Origin: Pseudovirgaria hyperparasitica | Taxonomy: Eukaryota | DNA: 64,000 bases | Strand: one strand, 5' to 3' | NCBI GenBank assembly: GCA_010093815.1 | Contig: ML996580.1 | In this document: piece after piece, positions 13,159 through 24,761 of the stretch | How the letters are laid out: each line of letters begins with the position of its first letter | Position numbering within the stretch: the stretch's first letter is position 1 | Notes under the pieces: generated by a model | What the model saw: only the letters and a program-made list of their open reading frames with translations | Databases searched by the model: none | What the model was told of the DNA's origin: nothing | Translations under genes and position numbers: made by a program

Positions 13159-14022
13159 CCTAATCGACCGTACAATCAATCCTCTATTCAATGTCAAAGT
13201 ATTTCTTCGGGACAGAGTCGCGCAGAGACGAATCGACGATACACGAAACGGTGTTGGTGTTAGGAGCATATATAGAAAACCTTGGTGCTGAAAGGAACAA
13301 AACCAGTTTGCTTAATATATATATACTTGGTGATGTGTAGTGGGCGCAAGGAAGCTCTACCTAGGTCCTCATGTGTATGGTATGGTATGTACCCCTCCTT
13401 TTGGTGCTTCTGCTAAACCACGAACGAACGGACGGTACGGGACACCTCGAGTGGGTCAAATGCGTCACTCTGTTCTCAGGCCTAAAGAAGGGGCTGATTA
13501 AGGATTCTTGTGGAGGCTGACATGAGCATGACAGAGCACAACAGAGCACAATACCAGTCTAGTGCCAAGTATGGGTTGCATGCAGAACTAGCGCTGTGCG
13601 GACTCTGCAGATCCATGGAAGCACCAGGTGGCAGGGTTTATTTACTCAGGTTGATACTGTTCCAACAACCCATTCATGCATCTAGAATAATTTCATTGCT
13701 AGTGTTTCTTCTATATGTGTGATTTCGGCCGTCTCCCTGCACGGGGGGTTCGTCACGGTGCAAGGGAGTGATATGAAAAACCCCTATGTGAGCTCGGATG
13801 CTGGGTATGTAAAACAGGTAAATTCCAAAACGCCCGCTCAAACGCAGTAAGTAGTAAAAACAAGACTGATCGACGCAAACGGGCTCCATTACAACGAAGC
13901 CTTCGTAGATCTATTTGACCCTGCTCTCTATATTCCCTCTTGCATGTCATAGGAAAGCGGCCGTTAGCTTGAAGATAGGAAAGACTGGTATCACGACTTA
14001 AGGAAAGAAAGACGAGGTGAAT

Positions 14023-17000
14023 TCATTCCACCTCGGTCAGCCAACGCTTTATACCTTCCCGTAAGGTTGATTCTGCGCTGCGGCTCCTGCGCTCGGTGGC
14101 AAGATTATTCGCAGTCCGTTCCTCTTGTACGCTCTTGACGATTTGCTCCAAAGCTCCGAAGACGAGATCCCTGCATTCGGTGCGAGGGATTTCCACCACA
14201 GGCGGCGTGGGGACATCTGTTGCACCTTTGCGCCCACGCACTGAGCCGGATCGTGATGACGGTTGTGATTGTGCGCGGGACGAAGCTCCACTATGAGCAA
14301 GAACACGCTCAATAGCATCAGCCAGAGTGTCGTCAATGTCCATGACAGACTCCTCCGTAAATTTCTCTTCTAGATGCAATTCCGACATGGGTACGGGAGG
14401 AGGTGTCTGACTGATTTGGTAAGGGTCTGTGAACGGCAAACGAGGTGGAGCCATGGCGAACGGCGTTGGAGTGATAGCTGGCTGGCTGGGGATTGGGACA
14501 AGTCGGACGAGGCGTCGCAGTCGAAGACGCTTCACGGTAAAGCTGCGCGCATCTGCAATCAGAGCGCTGCAAACATCCACCCACTTCTCCGTAGGACCAG
14601 ACTCCAGATTCGGGGTAATCGCTGCCATCACTGGTGTAGGCTCCGCGCTCATTGCCTTGCGAATATCTTGCTCCAGATTGGCGTATGGGCTAACGCCTTG
14701 TAGTTCGAAATCTGCATGAAACTTTCCTAGCCAGCCTGCCACGTTGATGGGTTGTTCATAATCACCATGGCAAAATGAACCATGCGACGAATGAACACTC
14801 GAACCTCCGAATGATCCTGGATTAAGACTCGGTATAGATGGGGACCGCACTGGAGACCCACTAAAACCAGGAAGTGGAATGTCTACATCAATCACTCCAT
14901 CGTTCTCGTTTATAGATAGCTTCAATGGTTCATAGACAGACTTATTTCGGTGAGGAATGTCCCTGGCTCCAGAGCTGGGAATACCACTGATAGTGACGGC
15001 TTCTTCACTAGCTTGATCGTCAACGGCTTCCTCGTTCGTCTCATTGTCGTAATCAGTCCCGCTGAGCTGGTTAACTTGATCTGCTTCGAGAACCATCATT
15101 TCGAGCTTGTTCAAGGTACGTCCATCTGGTGGACTTCTGTATGGCTGTCCACAAATACCAAGTCCTTCATCTGTGGACTGGAGAATGTCACTCGTGTCGT
15201 TTGATGAGGATCTTCTGCCACCGTTCCAGAAGCTCATGATAGACGACCATTTGCTCCCGGAAGACTGTGTATCGAGATTTGGATGTCTTTCATGGTGGCT
15301 GGTGCGTCTGAGGTTGTGCATGAGATTTGAGGACGCTATACTCTCGCAGCTAGTAGAATCTACATCATTCATCAGACCCGAGGAATTTGTGCGCTGCATT
15401 GCGAAATGGGGAACAGGTCTGGGCGCATCCGGAGCGGCGGTCGGTGTGATGGTTGCGCTACTCTTCCCACCAGTTGGACTTTCAGACAACGGTGGAAAGG
15501 CAAGCGTGCTAGTTTGAACCGATATGGTCGAACGTGCTTCAGACGGTCGCCGCGAATGACCTCTCAAATATTCGGCATCGAAAGGGATCGACTCGCTTCT
15601 ATCGTCGCTTGTGCCACTAGAAGGCTGCGCAACGTTCCTGTGTGTAGCCACGTGCCTTGAATGTGTCTGACTTGGGCGACCCCTTCGATTGATAGTCCTG
15701 CGAAGCGATTTCTGACGTGCCAGTGCCATCTGATGAGGGGGAGATTGAGAGTAACCCCGCACTGAAGCAGACGTACTAGGTCTGATGGGTGATGCGCCAT
15801 CATACGACGGAGCGTGGCCAGAGGCAGGCAGAAAGGCAGAAAGTAAGAAGATCAAGCGACGGGCGGCCATCTTATCCGGACCCACAATAACGGTGCGATT
15901 GGATATGGTCAAATCCTCTCCAGCACTAGACTTTTGCTGCTGGATGTGCAGTCTCCTATACCTTTTCGGACCTATAACATTGAGCCACTCGGTGTGGTGG
16001 CCCAAGAAAGCAGTGAGAAGAGTAAAGAAGAAGAAATTTTCCTCTTTACCACCTGCCCACTTACCCAACCATCTTGCTTCATCTCGCCAGATGCCCCAAC
16101 GGGATTGGCCAAGTGACACGCGGGGTATTTTCATTCCACGTACTACCCGCTCTCCAGCGGCGCGAACAGCGGCCTGAATATGCTGATCTGCTGCCAATGC
16201 ATATGGCTGAAGTCTCAAGCTACGACGTGGAGCGACCTGAGACAAGGGCTCTCGACCTACAGCCCGCTGCATCCTAGGAGCCTGTGACGTCTTGACAGTA
16301 GACGCGTCAGTGGCTTTGAACTGGGCAAGAACCCTCTCCTGGACGATGAACTGAAGACTCGTAAGGGTCCTGATAAGGACATCCCAGTGTTGCCCAACAA
16401 TCTCGACGCGATCATCTACATCGCTGCTGAAGGACGCAGAGAGTAACGAATCGACTCCAAAGCTTGAGTCTACCCAGGACCAGCCACCTCGTTGGTCGGA
16501 GTCCACGGACGAACCAAGCGACTCGTGTCCCGGAAATGAACCAACGTTGCTAGAGGCTTTGGGCGGCTTTGGTGCAATCGGTAACTGCATGATGATCGAA
16601 ACGCCATACATGGGTAACTTTGGTGCTCTCGAACGCCGAAAATAACCTCCTGGTGTAGATGCTCCAGTACCAGTGGATGAGGAGAAGGGAAATGCGTTGC
16701 CTTGCGAAGTAGAGTTTTGAGGAGTCGGAGTACTGACGTTTGTGCTGTCGCCAGCTTCGACTTCGTCAGGCAGAGAAACAGAGAAGATCCGGCTGACCAT
16801 GACAGTTCGTCGACGCTCTTTAGATGACTGGTCAGGCGAGGCAGATAAGCGAGGGTTCATCATGTCTGGAGGTGGATTCGCAGGGGTGTACGAAGTCGCT
16901 AGGTTGCTTCTCTTACGAGCCTCTCCCTTTGGCAAGGACCCTTGACCTTCAGATGCGTAGGATGCTATGCTTTGATCTATCGCACGCGGTTCAAGTGGGA

Positions 17001-17646
17001 TAATATGAAGCTTATTACCAGTGCCTTTATAGCCCATGGAGATATTGCCAAACATGCAGTCTAGACAGGTGCTCTGGATATTGGCATCAGCCTCGGATTG
17101 TCGGCGGTTGAGGGAGGTTAAGTGATCGATATTAGGCATGGACGAAATGGACGATGCTCTAGAGGGTATACGCTGGAAAGCACTACTGGCTGGGGAGCGA
17201 GAGGTCGAAGTATCCGAGACCAAGGATGAGCGTCGTGCATGGCCCTGTACAGTGGCTGGAGGGGTTGCAGCATTCTTGCTGTTGTATACAGAGTACGGAC
17301 GAGCTGAGCGGCCGCTGAACGTCTTTGAAGAATCGGCGCGTGGGAATGACTGCTTCGAATCGAACAGCGCACACCTTGGAGTCGAACCAGCTTCATCTTG
17401 AGCAATTATGATTCGTATGTCCCTTGAATGCTCCAAATCAATCTCGCCTTGTATTCCATCATACCCAGGACCAGGACTTTGGGGGCTCGAGGCTTCGAAG
17501 GCGGAGGATATGGCGTTCGGGAAATGGGTTGCTTCAGGGAAGAGGAGGGCTTTGGTATGAGCATCTTCAGTGGTCGACTCGTAGGAGGTGGTTTGCCGCG
17601 GGTGGGACCGCGTGAGGCCTTGAAGATTCAAGAGGTTGCTGAGCAT
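14023..17646 (-). CDS. Folliculin-interacting protein (FNIP/Lst4)-like uDENN protein
   Basis: 1207-aa intronless ORF. N-terminal 'IRIIIAQD...LFDS', 'LDCMFG...YKG...KLHIIP', 'VMVSRIFSV' and central 'FFFTLLTAFLGHHTEWL', 'RTVIVGPDKMAARRLIFLLSAFLP' recall FNIP N/M regions. Confidence 0.7.
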   Translation of the reverse strand: MLSNLLNLQGLTRSHPRQTTSYESTTEDAHTKALLFPEATHFPNAISSAFEASSPQSPGPGYDGIQGEIDLEHSRDIRIIIAQDEAGSTPRCALFDSKQSFPRADSSKTFSGRSARPYSVYNSKNAATPPATVQGHARRSSLVSDTSTSRSPASSAFQRIPSRASSISSMPNIDHLTSLNRRQSEADANIQSTCLDCMFGNISMGYKGTGNKLHIIPLEPRAIDQSIASYASEGQGSLPKGEARKRSNLATSYTPANPPPDMMNPRLSASPDQSSKERRRTVMVSRIFSVSLPDEVEAGDSTNVSTPTPQNSTSQGNAFPFSSSTGTGASTPGGYFRRSRAPKLPMYGVSIIMQLPIAPKPPKASSNVGSFPGHESLGSSVDSDQRGGWSWVDSSFGVDSLLSASFSSDVDDRVEIVGQHWDVLIRTLTSLQFIVQERVLAQFKATDASTVKTSQAPRMQRAVGREPLSQVAPRRSLRLQPYALAADQHIQAAVRAAGERVVRGMKIPRVSLGQSRWGIWRDEARWLGKWAGGKEENFFFFTLLTAFLGHHTEWLNVIGPKRYRRLHIQQQKSSAGEDLTISNRTVIVGPDKMAARRLIFLLSAFLPASGHAPSYDGASPIRPSTSASVRGYSQSPPHQMALARQKSLRRTINRRGRPSQTHSRHVATHRNVAQPSSGTSDDRSESIPFDAEYLRGHSRRPSEARSTISVQTSTLAFPPLSESPTGGKSSATITPTAAPDAPRPVPHFAMQRTNSSGLMNDVDSTSCESIASSNLMHNLRRTSHHERHPNLDTQSSGSKWSSIMSFWNGGRRSSSNDTSDILQSTDEGLGICGQPYRSPPDGRTLNKLEMMVLEADQVNQLSGTDYDNETNEEAVDDQASEEAVTISGIPSSGARDIPHRNKSVYEPLKLSINENDGVIDVDIPLPGFSGSPVRSPSIPSLNPGSFGGSSVHSSHGSFCHGDYEQPINVAGWLGKFHADFELQGVSPYANLEQDIRKAMSAEPTPVMAAITPNLESGPTEKWVDVCSALIADARSFTVKRLRLRRLVRLVPIPSQPAITPTPFAMAPPRLPFTDPYQISQTPPPVPMSELHLEEKFTEESVMDIDDTLADAIERVLAHSGASSRAQSQPSSRSGSVRGRKGATDVPTPPVVEIPRTECRDLVFGALEQIVKSVQEERTANNLATERRSRSAESTLREGIKRWLTEVE

Positions 17647-20161
17647 ACTTGTAGCAGGCAGACAGTTCGCGCCATAGATGAAGGCAAAGGAAAAGGCGTT
17701 ATACGTGCATCAAGAGCTACGTGGATTTCGCGAGTCGAGTGCAGAACCAGGCCCATTGCCAGCGTGACCGCAGAAGGGTTTCGAGTGAGGCGGATGGTGG
17801 AGTGTGTGTTTTTGTGTGTATGCGTAGGTGAATTGCGTAGGTGAATTACAACAGCTGCTGTCGAATAAGGGCGGAGGCGTGCCACGACCGGCGTGTCGTC
17901 GTCGTTGTTTGCGACAGCCCCTCAAGACTCGCGAACGAGATCTATGAGGGTATATCGAGATGTAGAGGGGAGAAGGATGTAGGGTGTCGAGAAATTGTGG
18001 GAGAAGTGGTCGCGAGAGCGTGCTCACTCAACAGTCGGACATGAGCAATTGACGGGCGCCGGCGTTCTGGGGAAGCGGGTATAGCAGATAGCAGCAATAG
18101 CGTTGGCCGTTCGTTCGTTTCGTTTGCAGCGCAGGAGAATAGCGGTGAAGTGAGATTGAAGCGTGATCCCTGCTCCCTGCTCCCTATTCCCTGCTTGTGC
18201 CCCCCTCCCGAGTCCCAATTCAGCCATCCCGGTCCGAAGGATTGACGGTGACTGTGTACTGACGTCAACGCAGCGTGCTCAGGACTGCCGGGGTCCATGG
18301 CGCTCGCGCGCTCCTTCCTTAGGCTCCGATGCTGCCGAGTGGGGGCGGCCGGGGTAACACCTGCCTACCCTGGACATCATAACACTAATCACCTTTAGAT
18401 ATACATTCATAGGACTATTTACCTTTGGCTATAATTACATAGCACTCACTGGCTGCCCCCTCGCCCTCTTCCGAACAGCCCTCGATGTTTCATCATACAC
18501 ACACATACACACGCAGATGGACACCATGGATACCCGAAAGACACATCAAAGCTGTCGTACACTTCTCTCACGGCCTGCAGGGGTTGGCGATGGCTAATCT
18601 GACAACACCTCGAGGAGTAGCAATCACTGGTTTGGATGAATCAGTCCTCCCACTTTGGAAGACATGCCGCTGTCAGTCTCACTCTGTCAACAATATAGTA
18701 GACATCCTGGTCTGTATCCGAACACGAGCGCACGACTCACTGAGATATCTGTCCACGTTGCCCGCGCTCTGCACATCCGCTCACCCGCCGCCCAAGGTAT
18801 GGTATCAACATGACTAGGTGGTCTTATGGTACTACAGCCCGATCAGCCTCCTGGAATATGCCAGAGCTCGTGTCATCTAAGACCGAAAACCGTACATAGT
18901 ACTCGATACACTCTATTGAGCAACTGTGCCCATCTATCGTCATCTTTGTACAACAAGGCTCACGACTAAAAGCTACACAGACATATCGTGACGACCTCGT
19001 GTCAGCGACATCGTACGACGAGAGGCTCAGCTGCCGGACAGCTTTTGACTTCACTTCGGTCTGCTGCCCGTGGTATGCTTCCAGCGAGCAAGGCGATCCC
19101 GGAGGCGGGTCCGCAACCGCTAGAAGTACTGTATCCTGGCTTGTCTACACGGAATAGAGTTGAAAGATGCATGGATTCCCTGATGATGGTCATCGACTCC
19201 ATTACGCGCAATCTTCAAGTTATTATATCTGCGGAGTCCGTATGGAATATCCATCAAACTCTATTCGAAGCAAGCCATGTCTCCATCCAGGCTTACATAC
19301 GTCCCGTCCCATTCCTCTCTTCTTCCATCTGCTTTGGCTTCATTTCACGTGATACGTTCATGGTAAGAGCAAGAGCATAGTCGCTAAATTTGAGACTGAC
19401 ATCAAGTCTACCCATGTCTGCCAGAAAACGCTTATCATGGCCGAAGACTGAGATCACAGTATAATTAGACATTTCTCTAAGCCACATCTTCTTCGCTCAC
19501 CACGAACTCTTATACCACGAATTTGGAACGACTCGGTTACATCAGCGCTCTGTCGCTGCAATGTAACAACAACCCCACACACGTACCATGCAACCGCAAA
19601 GGCCCGATACACTCCAACAAGAGAGTAATGTCCTCTGTCAGAAATCCTGACGCCCTTCGACGCGACGTCAGCCGCCAGATATTAACGCGCAAGCTATCAA
19701 AATTTAACACACGGGCAAATCAACATCTTGGGCGATCACATCTCACATCGTCACAAATTCCATCCACGAAGGATGGCGGACTTACCTCGTTCGCTCTCGG
19801 TATGTTCAGGATCCATGTCGGTTCGAGAGAACCAGCCCTATTGAGGCGACGATCACCGAACTGCGGCCAACTGCCGCGGCTTTTGGACAGACTTAGTACC
19901 AAAGTGGCAAGGTGTTGATGCATCACACCACAAACTCTCCTACCGTCTCAAGCCGCTATGTCTAATTTGGAGTGGACGGTACAATTCCCTTAACATAGAG
20001 AGTGCTTGGCCAGATAACATGTAGCATGGTCAGCACCATATTGTTTGGCCCGTGGTGCCACATATCGCACTACTTGACCCCAGAATCCCCGCTCGTTACT
20101 GTGCGCGCTTGGTGGACATCGACGCCGTCTTCATTCTGTCCGAGTGCAAGATCAATGCGAG

Positions 20162-21441
20162 ATGAAGTCCATCGTCATTCTCATCGCGACTATCGCAATA
20201 CTGGTCCAGGCCCAAGCGATCGGAGGGCCTGGAACGAACATTCCCGGATGCGTTGTAATTCTCAACTTCTTCTACGTCCTCTCCATCTAGCTGACCACGA
20301 TAGGATTATTGTATCAGGCCAGAGATCGGGGACGCTGGTTGCTCGGACGCTCTCTGTTCATGCCGGCACGAAGACGCGATCCTCTCGTCATCTGATAGCT
20401 GCCTGACCAAGCATTGCGCAAATTCGACTGAGAAAGCTGGTGAGTCGCCCTGATGTTCTTCAAACAACAGCAACAATTACCTCGAAAACACATGAGCCGT
20501 ACAGTTCTAACGCAACGGTAGATGTCATTACTCTCGTCCGGGCGTTTTGTTCAGCACTCTTAGCGAACAGTACCTCGTCCGAAAGTCCGACCTCCAGTCC
20601 GACCTCAACTCCGACCAGCTCGCCAGCCGGATCATCGCCAGCCGCTAGCGATGCATCAGATACGGCCGCACCATTTGTCGACACAGGAGCATCCAGATCT
20701 GGTCTTTCCACTGGCGCAAAAGCAGCAATCGGAGTCGTCGTTCCTGTCGTTGTACTTGCTCTTCTCGGTCTCGCCGCATTTCTCTACCGCCGCCGACGCA
20801 AAGCCAAATCCGGCGTCACCACATCGGAATACGACGAGAAAGGCATGGCTACAAGATACGCAAAACACAACCCGTATGATCCGCCCGCGTTTGTAGAGCT
20901 CGCAGGACAGCCTGTCTCAGCATCTAAAGGCAAGGCTGAGGCACCAGGAGAAGATCTCATGAGGAGTGAACTGCCCGGCAGCGAGCCTGGTCAAAAACCA
21001 TCTTACACAATTGCCACATCTGGCTCACCAGAACAATATACGATACCTGTTATGACTACCGCCGGCGCAGTAGGTCCAACAGCTCCACAGCACTCATCCG
21101 TCTTGTCTAAGCACAGGAGCGGGGACAGCATACCCGTAGATGTCTCCGTGTCGACACACAAAGCGGACAGTGTAGTACCACAATCCCGTGCGTTCAGGGC
21201 AAATACCATAGATGAAGCCCAGGCAGCACATGTGATCCATGTGGGTCCTCAAACTACAGATCCTGCGCCGTCAGAAAGGACAGCCTCTGAGGTACCTGCG
21301 TCTGAATCCACCAAGAACCCTAATGTCTCCCCCCCAATATCTCCACCGGCATCTCCTCCTCTACCCAATTCTACAACGTCTCCGCCCCCACAAAGAGCAA
21401 AGTCATTGATCGTGCAGAAGCCTGGTTGGCAGGGCGAGTAG
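20162..21441 (+). CDS. CFEM-domain type I membrane protein (signal peptide, CFEM, Ser/Thr stalk, TM helix, cytosolic tail)
   Basis: Exons 20162-20254, 20304-20439, 20522-21441. Signal peptide MKSIVILIATIAILVQA. Eight Cys in CFEM spacing (PGCVDYC...GCSDALCSC...SCLTKHC...AFC). TM 'AAIGVVVPVVVLALLGLAAFLY' followed by RRRRK. Confidence 0.85.
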
Positions 21442-21923
21442 TGATGATACTGGGGTCGAACGTTGGAGCATCCGAAGGGCAAAATTGCTCAGGTGAGGGT
21501 TAATTACAAACGACGACTCCGAGGTCGTGATTTGATTGTTGTATTGTGAGAACTGGGGACTATGTTCGGCACATGGGAATTTGTCGTCCGACTATGAAGC
21601 TACGAAGTGATGAAAAACCATATAATGATACCTGGAGAGCTGCGAGCGTGGAGATCACATGATCATGCCGAGAGCTGGAGGTAAGTCTCAGAGAGGGAAG
21701 AGGCGTTTCCTTGATGGTAGGAGACCCTGGTGGCTTCGAAACTCTTGCATATGCAGCTGCAATCCGATGATGAATTGCATTATAGTAACACAACTCAGCA
21801 CGAGCCCTCTTGTAGAAATAGAAACAAGTGTGAATCGTGCAGAACACTCCATAGATTCAGCAAACCCATCTTACCATGTGCCCAAACCAGCACATATATC
21901 ATCTCTCCCCCCATTCTCCCCAC

Positions 21924-22781
21924 TCACGGACTCAACCTCTCAACCTTCCACTCCCCCTCCTCACTCTCCCTCACATACCGAAACCGATCATGCAACCGAC
22001 TCTCCCTCCCCTGCCAAAACTCCACCATGCGCGGCACAACCCTCAAACCGCCCCAAAACTCCGGCACCGGAATCCGGTCACAGCCCTCAAACCGCTCCTC
22101 CACCTCCCGGACCCTTCCCTCCAACTCCTCCCTCCCCCCACCCAGTACCTCACTCTGCGCACTCGCCCACGCCCCAACCCGACTCCCCCGCACCCGCGTA
22201 TCAAAATAAACCTGACTCTCCTCCCTCGTCAACCGCTCCGTCGGGCCCTCCACACGCACCTGCCTCTCCACCTCGCGCCACCAAAACACGAGGCTGGCCT
22301 GCGGGTTACTCGCCACGTCCGCCGCCTTGCGCGAGGTAGCCCAGTTGCTGTACACCACGAAGCCGCGCGAGTCGAGTTCTTTGAGGTAGACCATGCGTGC
22401 GCTTACCGCGCCTGAGGGCAGGGAGGCGGTGGCTAGCGTGACGGTTTCGGGCTGGTGGACGGCGTGGGACTGGGCGTGCTCGAACCAGGTGTGGAATTGG
22501 GCGAGGGGGTCGGCGGAGAGGGAGGTGAGGGAGAGGGTGGATTGGGTGTATTGGGCTGCTTGTGGGGCGGTGTTGGGCGTGTTTGGGGAGATGCCGGTTG
22601 CGGGTGCAAAGATGCGTTTTTGGGGGGTGGTGGTTGTGGTGGAGGTGGAGGGGGTGTCGGTGGAGGAGTTCATTTTTTGGAGGGGTGAGGGGTTGATTCG
22701 TGTGTTGATTGAGAGGTTGGGTGGGTGGGTTCGTGGTGGTGGGATGTGTGTACGTTTCGATAGGCGTAGGAGGCTGCGCAT
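21924..22781 (-). CDS. PDX3: Pyridoxamine/pyridoxine 5'-phosphate oxidase
   Basis: 'DPLAQFHTWF', 'SARMVYLKELD..GFVVYSN..SRKA', 'RQVRVEG', 'SRVGAWASAQS', 'PEFWGGLRVVP..VEFWQGRESRLHDRFRY...WKVERLSP'. Confidence 0.96.
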   Translation of the reverse strand: MRSLLRLSKRTHIPPPRTHPPNLSINTRINPSPLQKMNSSTDTPSTSTTTTTPQKRIFAPATGISPNTPNTAPQAAQYTQSTLSLTSLSADPLAQFHTWFEHAQSHAVHQPETVTLATASLPSGAVSARMVYLKELDSRGFVVYSNWATSRKAADVASNPQASLVFWWREVERQVRVEGPTERLTREESQVYFDTRVRGSRVGAWASAQSEVLGGGREELEGRVREVEERFEGCDRIPVPEFWGGLRVVPRMVEFWQGRESRLHDRFRYVRESEEGEWKVERLSP

Positions 22782-24761
22782 CGAGTGGTATGGGTGTAAT
22801 GGAGTTGTAGTTGTGAAGCTGCTTCACTGCTGAGGCATTGGAAGTGGAATATAATTTGAAGCTTTGCATCCATGACGATGACAGGCACCGGCACAACTTA
22901 GGCATGACTCGCCGCGTACAGGCTATCCTGGTCTGAATTCTACATCCGTGCTCTGGGCTACGCTGTTTATAAACCCAGTATTTGGATACATAGCCGAGCG
23001 GTGGGCACGGGCAAGACGCTACTAATTACTTGTAAAATCTCAATCCTCCAAAACCCCACCACCGGACACGTCAAGAGAATATCATCCAGGAACTTTTACT
23101 ACTACGCGTCCGCCCGCGGGATTTGAATGATTCCCCAAGGCTGCTTACTAGCTGCTCCGTTTGGAGCCAACACTGCCACGACGTCTTTGACTGGTGGGAT
23201 AACTTCAGGCTGAATGGGCTACATGCGTTAGTACGAGCATATAGGCTATACATATCATATATCCTCGGAATGGCTTGAGTTAGAGTCTGGTGGTATCGTG
23301 ATAGAAGGAGCGTATACTACTAGTGTTATAAGAGAGTTGTTATGATACTGACTGGCAGGTAGAGGTCGTGTTTAGCGGTCTTGTCACGACGTTCAGTTCC
23401 GACGGAGGACCCGAGAGGTCGATACAAGCTTTTCTTGAGACTATAGTAGCCTGGTGATTACGCCAAATTCGGTTCGAGAAACAATAGAACAAGTCTCCAT
23501 AGGGGAAAAGGTAATTCGATCGAGATGCCCCTTGTACGAAAATGCTTCCTGCCCCTGAAAGTTTCAAACATATTTCAAACGCACTTCAGCAGGCCCAGTT
23601 ATTGCCCTAGCCTACAGATCGCTTCCAGGATTGAGCAGCCGAGACTCTGCTAGCGAGAACTGCCCCTTGCCATGTGGTGTGGCGCGGTGATCGTCTGAAG
23701 GGACAAAATGTACGTGCAATGACAAGCTCCCTTGGCATCACGGTATGTATCTTAATAAGAGTCTTGGTATTTACATGTGCGAGAGTATTGAGGCCTACTT
23801 TCTATCCGTCAGGACTGCCGATTGTAGCAATCAATAGGGTTACAGGGGCCGGCCAATTGCCAGCCAATCGATTGCGGTCATGATAGGTATTCTTGACTGA
23901 GAACATCTATGCACACACAGCTGCTTCTTATGTGGACTAGATCCGTGAAAGAGCTATTAGAAGATCGTCCTGAATGACGGTCCATGTTTCGAAATGTCCC
24001 CTGAGTGTTGTGTCCACCAGTTGTGAGCCGAATGGGCAAGAGGGTGGGCTGGCTGATTGCGGTCCGTTCCGGTCGCACCCAACGTCCACTAGATGCCTGC
24101 CGGTGGGAGACAATATATCAGGAGTGTGTATGCTGGATGATTCTCCTCGACTAATGATATATCTTACCCTGTCATACTAGACACCGAGATATCAGTTGTT
24201 CATTCTGTTGAGATGTTGCCCCTGTACATGACTCCAGGGGACTGCTGACGATTAAACATTCTTACATTGATACTGTGGTTGACCTTGGTTCCTGGAGGAA
24301 GGATAACTACCTCCTAGCTACGCAAGTGTTTAGAAAAGAATTCCCAAAAGGGGTTCACGGAGCCACGTGATTCGACGTCATGGTACTCAAGAGTGGTGGC
24401 GCCGTTGGAGGGGCGGCGGGGTTTCTCCCGCATTTGGGGCAGTGGAGCTGGTTGTTTTCATTATCAATAAACGTTATATGTGGGTTCAGCAGGGAATATG
24501 ACAGGTATTCTGTCGCACGGCCACGCACGATGGAGCAATTCTAGTCGTCACGGTGTCTTTGGTGACTTGTTGTGTTATGTTGCCCCTCCACCTCCTGCCA
24601 TCTGCCCCTCCTCCCTTGACCCCACCGGAGCTCATAGTTCAACGTTCCAGCAGAGATTTACAACTAATACAAGAACACTGAATCCGTCTTTCTTACATCC
24701 TTCAGCTACAACCTCCACTCCAAGTCTTCTCCATCTCACCTCCAACAACCATTCCAACAAG

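Noticed and set aside
18400..20100. Scattered 60-130 aa ORFs between the FNIP-like and CFEM genes
   Set aside because: They could not be spliced into a coherent protein and have no recognisable motifs.
21659..22905. Several 150-230 aa Pro-rich or Gly-rich ORFs overlapping PDX3 (similar ones overlap ECM4 and the F-box gene)
   Set aside because: Shadow ORFs produced by extreme C/G skew and few stop codons; low complexity with no motifs.
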